From Malacoraja senta (Eukaryota), in NCBI GenBank assembly GCA_038087875.1, contig JAXLNO010001265.1, positions 186,001 through 250,000 of the forward strand: a DNA stretch of 64,000 nt, given 5' to 3'. The first letter of the stretch is position 1; each line of letters begins with the position of its first letter. The notes under the pieces are model-generated. The model did not search any database. It saw only the letters and a program-made list of their open reading frames with translations, and was not told the origin of the DNA. The position numbers and the translations under genes were made by a program. Of this stretch, positions 49,836-64,000 are shown one piece after another.

Positions 49836-51494
49836 TGTTAAAAATGTTGCCTTTATGCATTTTTATTATTTTTTATTCCTGCTTGTGGATCTAAATAAAA
49901 TTCAAACGTACAATGACACTCTCAATATAATCTTGCCTCCTCACACTTGGTGTTTCGCAATCTATTCCGCACATTCTGCTTTCCGTGGTTGTTTAAGAAC
50001 AACGCAGAATTATTTTTCGTATTTCGTGGTATACGTCAGTTTCCTTATCATTGACCTCAAGAAAGTATATATTTTTAGGTTCACACTAACATTCGTCATA
50101 TTTGTGCAGAACAGGAGCGTATTCTTCCCGAATGTCCTAGGTTCGTGTTTGTTCCCTTATTGCATGATACTGAGTAGCATAATACGTCTCCAAGTATTTA
50201 TCTCAAAGGCAAGTCAAATCGGGCATGACGAAGCCGCTTGTAATTTACCACAAAGTAACCTTCATTTTATAACTATTGAACCTTTGATAAAACAAAACAA
50301 TTGTGTTGCAATATTCCTTTACGCAAGTTCCTTAATTTGTTTATATTCACTTTGACGAAATGTGGTTCAAAATGTTAAAACGAATACTTGGTGACCACAC
50401 ATTTCACTGTGCCAACTGGCACATGTGACAAATAAATGTATCTTGTATCTTGTACTTTACGAGGCCGGGCTTTCTTTCTAAATTAGTCTCGGGTTCCTTC
50501 AAAGTGTCCAGCTGCTGGGGCAGTAGAAAGCAGGGGTTTGACTTCATTGAAGACCTGTCTTCAGGCAAGCTATGATAGAAATGTTTTTTTATAAGCCTTG
50601 CCAAAAATCCTCTTTGAAACTATCCCTTGTGTGCCAATTTTTTTTTAATGGCACAACATTGGATGTGGAAACCTGAAATCTAGAAAATTGACGGGATGTG
50701 GGAATGGGTTATAGAAAAAGTAAATGGGCCAATCTGGTTGTTCTTTGAGTCTCCATAAACTGGGATGGACCAAATAACCTTCTTTCCTTTTCGTAAAAAA
50801 TGTGTAAATAAGTCAACAGGACCAGCCCCTCTTCGCACAACCCCAGTCTGCTGCACGTTATATGTACGAGATAGCATCACTTCATTGTACGATTACTCCT
50901 CTTACAGTATGTACACCTCATCCACAGCGTGACGTCCACAACTTCAAGACCCGGAGTGTTAAAGTTAGATAATAACTTTGCATTTCATTATTAACCAACG
51001 GCATAAGTGCAGTACAATTTTACATAGTCTGTCAAGAACCAAGATGGCTCTACTTTATAGAAGGTAGACAAAAGTGCTGAAGAAACTCAGCGGGTGCAGC
51101 AGCATCTATGCAGCGAAGGAAATAGGCGACGTTTCGGGCCGAAACCTTTCTTCAGTTGACGTCATCGTCACATGATCATTTTTCTCAAAGGTACACCCAC
51201 ACAAACCATATCACATGTTACACATGTCACAACAAAATATTGCGAGATTAACCGAGAGTTTTTCTAAATATATTTAAAAGATTGAAGCTACTATGTTGGT
51301 AGCCAAGGTAGAATGATCTAGGTAGCAATTGGGTCAGTTAAGACAATGTCCGTGCAAAGAGAAACAGTGTCAGCATTTCAAGTCCAGATCTTTCAACAGA
51401 ACGAGACAAACCCTGAGATAAATGTATCGAAATTCAGAGATGGGATAGAAAGGTGGAAACAAATGAAGTAAATGACTTGACAGATTATGTGGAC

Positions 51495-52825
51495 AGAACA
51501 TAGAAAGGAACAGTACTGGAACAGGTTGTACCGAACATAATGCCAAGACCAACACTTATCTGCCTGCATAAAATCAATACCCCTTCATTCTCAGCAAATC
51601 GATGTCGCTATCCAAAATTCTCTTAAATCCCACTATCGTATCGGCCTTAACCATCTCTCCCGGCAACGCGTTCCAGGCACTATGTAATAATTTGCCGCAA
51701 ATATCTCCTTTAACCTTTGCCTCTCTCAGTTAATGCCCTATGCCCTATTTTGTATTTTGATTTTTTAAAAACTGACACTGTCTTCTCTATCTGTGGATCT
51801 CCTAATTTTATCATCTCATAAGGCGGCACCGTGGCACATTGGTAGAGTTGCTGTCTTACAGCGCCAGAGACCCGGGTTCGATCCTGACTACGGGTGCTGT
51901 CCCTATGACCGCGTGGGTTTTCTCCGGGTGCTCCAGTTTCATCCCACATTGCAAAGACGGATAGGTGTGTAGGTCTGAAGAAGGGTCTCGAGCCGAAATG
52001 TCACCCATTCATTTTCTCCAGAGATGCTGCCTGTCCCGCTGAGTTACTCCAGCCCTTTGTGTCTATCTTAGTTGCCCCTAGGGTTCTGCGAATTGTCCCA
52101 AGTACGTAGGATAGAAATAATGTAATCGTTGGTGGACGGGGTCTCGGTGGACCGAAGCGTCTGTTTCCAGGCTGTACCGCTAAACTAAACGAATTTTATA
52201 TACTTCTACTAGGCCTCCCCCTCAACCTCAGTGGAAGCAATCCAAGTGTATCCAACCTCTCCCTGTAGCCAATGCCACCTATTCTGGTAAACGTCCTCTG
52301 CACCCTCTCCAAAGCCTTCACATCATTTATGTAATGGGTGCACCAGAACTGCACGCAATACTCCAAAGGCGGCATAACCAAAATCCGATAAAGCTGTATC
52401 ATGACTTCCCGCCTCATACTCATTGCCTGGAACAATGAAGGCAAGAATGCCATAAGCTTTCTTCACCACTCTATCTACTTGTGTTGCCATTTTCAGGGAG
52501 TTAAGGACTTGGACCATACGATCCCTATGTACCTCAATGCTGTTGTCTACTATTTGTGTCTTTTCTCCTTACTTTCAAAGTGCAACACCTCACACTTGTT
52601 CGGATTAAACGCCATATGTCATTTATCCGCTTGTTTTTCTAGCTTGTCTATATCTCCACTGAACACTTTGACAGCCACCCTCGCAGTCCGCGACAGCAGC
52701 AATCTTGTTGTGATCTGCAAACTTACTAATCAGTCCATCTATGTTTACCTCTAAGCACATACAACAGCGATCCTGGAACAGATCCCAGCCGAACACCGCT
52801 GGTCACTGAGCCCCAGCCTGAATAT
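51495..52825 (-). mobile_element. CR1-type LINE fragment interrupted by a SINE (~51822-52190, +), which is itself interrupted by a short PLE-derived element (~51973-52068)
   Basis: IQLYRILVMPPLEYCVQFW...ALERVQRTFTR in the CR1; SINE head/central block and tail visible on both sides of the inner element. Confidence 0.75.
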
Positions 52826-53810
52826 CTATCCAAACCCCAGTGGCCAGCACTTGGTATGTGGCCTTTCAATGGGAGATGTTAATCACGTTGACAGAAATGA
52901 TACCAAATACATTACATGCTTGAAATTGTCAATAAAAACATAAATGCCGTAAATTCTCATTAACTAAAACTGCTGAGATTATTATTGATAGACACAAAAT
53001 CCTGGAGTAACTCAGCGGGTCAGACAGCATTTCTGGAGAAAAGGAATAGGTGACCTTTCGTGAGACCCTTCAGACGAAAGGTCATCCATCCTTTCCATAC
53101 TCCAGCTTTGTGTGTCTATCTTCGGTTTAAACCAGCATCTGCAGTTCCTTCCCACAGATTATTATCGAGGCGAGAAGGTTGTTAAATCTGGTGGGAAGAT
53201 TTGGCATGCTTACTAATTCCTCTACTGAGACATTGAGAGAGGGGTAGAGTATGGGCAGCACGGTCGAGTTAGAACGGAGTTCAGAATTATAGTGAGCCGA
53301 CGGTATGATCACGCTTAAGACTGATGAGAGTGAGGGCTGGGGGTTGGAAAGGGTGTTCGGCAGAGCTGTCTCCTACATGTTTTTAGCCTGCCTGGCACAG
53401 GGAAAGACATGGCATGAACTGCGAGCGCAGTGCAGCCGTCCAAACAGGTTACAAGTAAATCGCCGTTTCACCGGGAGAGGGGCAGTGTAAACTGTGAAAG
53501 TTGCAGAGACGTGCATCACCCGGCCCGCTGCACTGGACTGCGGGGAATCATGTGTAGGTGGAGATGGGGATAGGAACCAGGGCGGGATCGGTCCCAGACA
53601 ATGCAATATTGCCGAAAAGGATCGAATTAATACAGAAACTGGGCAGTGAACTCAGTCAGCTGCACAGGGACTTTTAAAATTAAAGTTCATGATTCTGGAG
53701 ACAGTTTCTTTGACTGTCAGCTTGAACTAATGTATCCGGGCTTCCGTGCCTCTGGCTGATCACGCATTTCGTTATCACTGATCACCGCATAGCGCAAGAG
53801 TATGCATTAA

Positions 53811-53866
53811 CTGATTGGTCGCTCGGGAGTTTGCGAGTGTGGGCGGACTTGTGGGCGCCATATAAA
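53811..53866 (+). promoter_or_regulatory. Core promoter of METTL21B-like paralog 3 (inverted CCAAT box, GC box, TATA box)
   Basis: CTGATTGG at 53811-53818, GGGCGG at 53841-53846, TATAAA at 53861-53866. Canonical order and spacing, 69 nt upstream of the ATG, in a CpG-rich context. Confidence 0.7.
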
Positions 53867-53929
53867 CGCTGCCTCTGTCCGAGCCTTCCACGCATCGCAG
53901 CTCACCAGGAGCGCATCGTACTGGCGAGG

Positions 53930-59846
<5,917 letters not shown>

Positions 59847-61826
59847 CATGGGCTGCCAAACAAATAACGCATGGGAGTTGGTGATCGAATACTTGGGTTC
59901 TAACCAGCCTCCCATTCATTATCTCAGTGAAAGGTGACAGAAAAAATGCTTAGCATCTCTTTGAAAATGTATATTCAGCTTTGTCCCGAGGTTGGAAAGG
60001 TTTTAAAGATATTAATCAAGCGCCTATTTTCCCTGCGCGAGCATCCAGTGTTGCAAGCCTATTTAACGGTCTCTGATTGCCTCCTTGCAGACACCGGCTG
60101 CATTATATTCACGCTCTAAAGTCAGGCAATGTCTAACGGACTTGCTTGGGCTTTGCCACCATTAGCTTACTAGCATCTATTAAATGGCAGCTTTTATTTC
60201 TAACGATCTGATTTCGTCCATTACTTAAAAGCATTACAAGGCAGTATTAGCCGTAAATCCGAACACTTCAAGATAAACAACCCTCGGTTTAGTTTATTCT
60301 TCAGTTTAGTTCATTGTCACGTGTACCGGTCACGTGTACCAGTCAGCGGAGAGACAATACGTGATTACAATCGACCCATTCGCAGTGTACAGATACATGA
60401 TAACGGAATAATGTTTAGTGCAAGGTAAAGTCTTTAAAATCCGATCAAAGATGTCATCATCCATCTCCTATTGCTAATTTCATTAACCAACTTTATTTTT
60501 ATTGTGGAATGAGGCCATCGCTAGCAACCCCAGAAAATATAGTCCATTTTTAATTGCCCCTACTGTATGGTTTCCGGAACGTGTTCAGAAATTCCAAGGG
60601 CCTTTCGAGCGAGGCACATTTTCATAGGCATTGAGTGCTCATTTGGAATGCTAGCTTCATTTTAAACAAATCTTTTTATGTATCTTTAAAAAAAAATATC
60701 GCTTCAAGATATCGCCAAAGCCGACTGGAAATGCTTCATAAAATGTAATCGCATCCCCTTTGCTTAATGTTCCAATTGTTTGCATGGTATTAGTAAGTAA
60801 AACGTTTACATTTTAACTGATCTCAAACGCAAGGTATAAAACGCACCGAGTACGTTCTGATATTTATATCGAAGCATAACGTCGAGATTCTCGATTCTCT
60901 AAGGGAGTTTTCAAAAAGATTGCAATTATCTTGCTTTCATTAAGTACAATTATGAAATCTATCACATACAGCTGTGTGCGCAGTTCTAAACAAAACCATC
61001 AGCTCGTTGGGAACCGGTGACTCGATTGTTTAAGCAAATAGTTCGATAATATAAAGATTTTGAGTTAGATGTTTTTAATGGTTTTAAGCAGTGTTTAGGC
61101 TTGCAAACTTACGGCTCGCTTTTTTTCGTTTCTTGGTGGAATTATAAGCATGAGTATATACTTAAGTAGTTGCTGAAATATGGAGCAAACTGTAAACTAA
61201 ACGCAGTGCGCAATTGTCTGTGCCTATAGATCCGTTTTAATAAAACCAGTGACTTAAACCGTGTCGGTTTCACTTTTTTACTCCTGACTTGGATTTCTGT
61301 TGGACAACACTAATTTGCAAGCAGAGCGATGATGCGACACGAGCCACCGAAAACCATCAAGTGGGCTGGCATGTGGGCGGAGCTGTTGGAAAGTTGTTGG
61401 AAAGGAAAATGTTGGTGCTTCCTTTCCTAGTGTCAATTTTAAAATGGAATACTGGAAGCAACCTAGGGGATGAATTGATTGGCAAGCAAGGGTATGGTAA
61501 AACAGCGTTCCATTGCATGTAACCTTCTGACCAAGGGAAGAATTATCACTTGGGCTGGTTTTATGTCAAACCATCATGCAACGGGAAAGGGCAAACGAGA
61601 TTTTATTCTACGAAATTGAAAAAGATGGGGGGTGGGAGGATGGTTCATGATGGAGGGGCAGTGCAGTGTACATTAGAAGACATAAATAACGCCCATGAAA
61701 GGTAAGGTAGTAGGGCATTTGTCAAAGCTGAACATAAAACATGAAAGGGGTGTGAATGTACAAATGGTTGCAAGAGCTTCTAACAATTTTATCCTTATAA
61801 CTATAAAACTCTGATCTTGGATGTGG

Positions 61827-61864
<38 letters not shown>
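61827..61864 (+). repeat. (GT)n microsatellite
   Basis: About 18 GT units. Confidence 0.95.
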
Positions 61865-61866
<2 letters not shown>

Positions 61867-61985
61867 ATTTGTTTGTGTGCGATCACATCTACTCGAAGAA
61901 ACGATGCGCTAACGGTAAAGTTGTTACATATTCCGGTAGATTTACCCCGTGAAATAAAAAATTGCCTTATCTGAAAATTTCATGC

Positions 61986-62277
61986 TGTAGAGGCGCAAAC
62001 GTCGTGAATAAATGGATGCTTTATTCAGGCATACATGGACATTTAACACTCTAACATAATAGTCGTAGTTGTGAGAGGCTGTTGCCTCGTGGCTGGTTGT
62101 GCTCCTGCTGCGGTGGCAGGACACTCTCATGAAGTGAGAGGAAGCGGAAGAGCCAGAGAGTGAGAGGGAAGGTCAGGACTTATATACTAGGGCACACCCA
62201 ATATATTTCGTGACTCTTTCCCAGGGTTGCCGAGGATTCGCAAAGGAGGAGTGGCCTAACCACTAGGTGCCGCTACA
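61986..62277 (-). mobile_element. Solo LTR (292 bp) inserted in the Helitron-like element
   Basis: TG...CA ends with imperfect inverted termini (TGTAGAGGCGC / GTGCCGCTACA). 4-bp TSD ATGC at 61982-61985 and 62278-62281. On the - strand, TATATAA (62180-62186) lies upstream of AATAAA (62020-62025). Absent from copy 2. Confidence 0.85.
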
Positions 62278-62854
62278 ATGCGTTATTTCTCGAGTTGTTT
62301 ATGACATTTTTTCACAAATTTCAAATAACTTAGAAAATAAACGAGATGGTCTCGCTGATGACGTCACAATGGATCGGCCTGCCTGCCTCTGCTTGTGCTG
62401 CGAGTGACGTCACCCCTGTTCTGTCTTCTGTACTTCTTGGCTTCTTAACTTTCACTTCTTTAAATTTGTCACTTAGCGTTTTTAAACTGCTGCTAAAGTC
62501 TTGCTGCGCCCTCCGCTGGGCTCATTGAAGTTCTAGAACATGGCGCGGGTGAGGGTGCGGGGAAGCGTGATGGGAAGGTGGCCCTAGCGGCCATTACTCC
62601 CTCTGGGAGAGGCCGTCTATTGAGACCTGCGATTCCTCCGTCAATCGCAGGAACTCGGGGAATCATGATGCCCTTTCCTCGCTGGTGATCCCGATCCCAC
62701 CTGGCGATCTCTAGCCATCACGGGGGATGACTTCCTAACTGTCTCCACGCCCGATCGTCTGTCACGCGGGTGAGTGGGCTTCCCCTCGCAGAAGCCACGA
62801 TCGGCCGGCCCTCCGCTGCTTTTGACCATCCGCCCGCTCGCAGCAGCAGGGCTG

Positions 62855-63385
62855 CCTTCTCTCTCTCCACCTCAGCTCAGCCTGGACCTCACCCCCTCTC
62901 TTTCCCCCTCAGCTCGACCTGGGCCTCCCCCCTCTCTCTCCCCCTCTCCACCCCCTCTCTCCCTCCTCTCTCTCCCCCCTCTCTCCTCCCCTGCCCTCCT
63001 CTCTCCACCTCTCTCTCTCCCCCCTCAGCTCGGCCCGGGACCCCCTCTCTATCCCCCTCCCCCTCTCCCTCCCCCTCCCGCTCTCTCTCTCCCCCTCCTC
63101 GCTCTCCCCCCTCTCCCCTCTCCCCCTCTCCCCCTCCCCCACCCTACCTCCACTCCCTCCACCCCTCCCCCTCTCCCTCTCCCCCTCTCCCCCTCTCCCC
63201 TCCCCCTCTCTCCACCCCTCTCCACCCTCTCTTCCCCCCTCTCTTCCCCCCCTCTCTCCCCTTCTCTCCTACCCTCTCTCACCCCTGCCCCCTCCCTCTG
63301 TCTCTGCCCCTCTCTCTCTGTCTCTGCCCCTCTCTCTTTGTCTCTGCCACCTCTCTATCTGCCCTCACTCTCTACCCCCCTCTCT
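62855..63385 (+). repeat. Polypyrimidine (C/T) low-complexity tract
   Basis: More than 500 nt of almost exclusively C and T inside the Helitron-like element. Confidence 0.95.
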
Positions 63386-63598
63386 AGACGCGCGTGAAAG
63401 TTGGGGGCTATGCATCAGTGGATAGGGTGGGTATGGGGTATAAGGAACCAATGAATAATATTAATATAATATCAAGGGGGTGGTTAGTGTGTGTGGGGGT
63501 AGTTAGTGTGTGTGTGTGGGGTGGTTAGTGTGTGTGTGACGCCGCAGCCCCCCCCCCCAACCACCGTTGAGGGGACAGGACCCAACGGGTCCCACTTG

Positions 63599-64000
63599 TA
63601 ACGATTAAAAGTCTGATCTTGGATGTGTGTGTGTGTGTGTGTATAATCATACTGCTCAAAAAAAGACGCTCTGACTGGTCAAAAATCGGCTTACCTGAAA
63701 ATTTCAAGCTTTATATCTTGAGTTCTTTATGGAAATCTTCACAAATTTCAGATATCTTGAGCTGATGATGTCACAATGGGTCTGCTCGTGCTGCCCACTG
63801 CGCATTGTTTTCCACACGCCACCTGCTGCGCACTGTTTTCCATGCGCTGCGAGTTACATCACACCCCCCCTCGACTCGCAATCATTTGGTCGCCGCCCGC
63901 TCGTAATCGACTTGCACTCGGGGGGCCATCCGCCCACGCCCGCAGCACAGCTGCCCTCTCCCCCGGGCTCTGGATTGAATCCGCTGAACACGCAGTAATT
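63599..64000 (+). mobile_element. Non-autonomous Helitron-like element, copy 2 (runs off the window)
   Basis: taacgattaaaagtctgatcttggatgtg..., ctgaaaatttca and gctgatga.gtcacaatgg align with copy 1. Confidence 0.65.

Larger units (their letters stand above)
61792..63600 (+). mobile_element. Non-autonomous Helitron-like element, copy 1
   Basis: Begins a|TC (TCCTTATAACTATAAAACTCTGATCTTGG) followed by (GT)n. Subterminal GC-rich hairpin GGACCC-AAC-GGGTCC at 63578-63592. No TIR or TSD. The terminal CTRR is missing at the junction with copy 2. Confidence 0.65.

Noticed and set aside
49855-50355. 166-aa hydrophobic ORF
   Set aside because: AT-rich composition, no motif, no splice context; likely chance.
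62770-63397. ~205-aa Pro/Ser/Leu-rich ORFs
   Set aside because: Translation of a C/T low-complexity tract within a transposon.

Overview
Vertebrate genomic DNA, most likely from a cartilaginous fish (skate/ray-like repeat content; species is inferred, not established). Bases 1-10760 hold the last five coding exons of a + strand calpain-3 gene (penta-EF-hand domain, ending WLQLTIYA*). From 29.9 to 59.8 kb there is a cluster of three intact, mutually divergent, 3-exon EEF1AKMT3/METTL21B-like protein-lysine methyltransferase genes (+, -, +; 205, 213 and 225 aa). The cluster sits where ZNF106 lies in human and falls inside a ~42 kb domain that by spot hand counts lacks the usual vertebrate CpG depletion. 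The rest is transposon-rich: CR1 and Rex1/L2-like LINE fragments, tRNA-derived SINEs, Penelope-like elements with about 18 dispersed minimal hammerhead-ribozyme-like motifs, a Harbinger-type MITE carrying a 1 kb polypurine minisatellite, a Tc1 remnant, and a head-to-tail Helitron-like pair containing a solo LTR. All calls were made by eye; no database searches were run.
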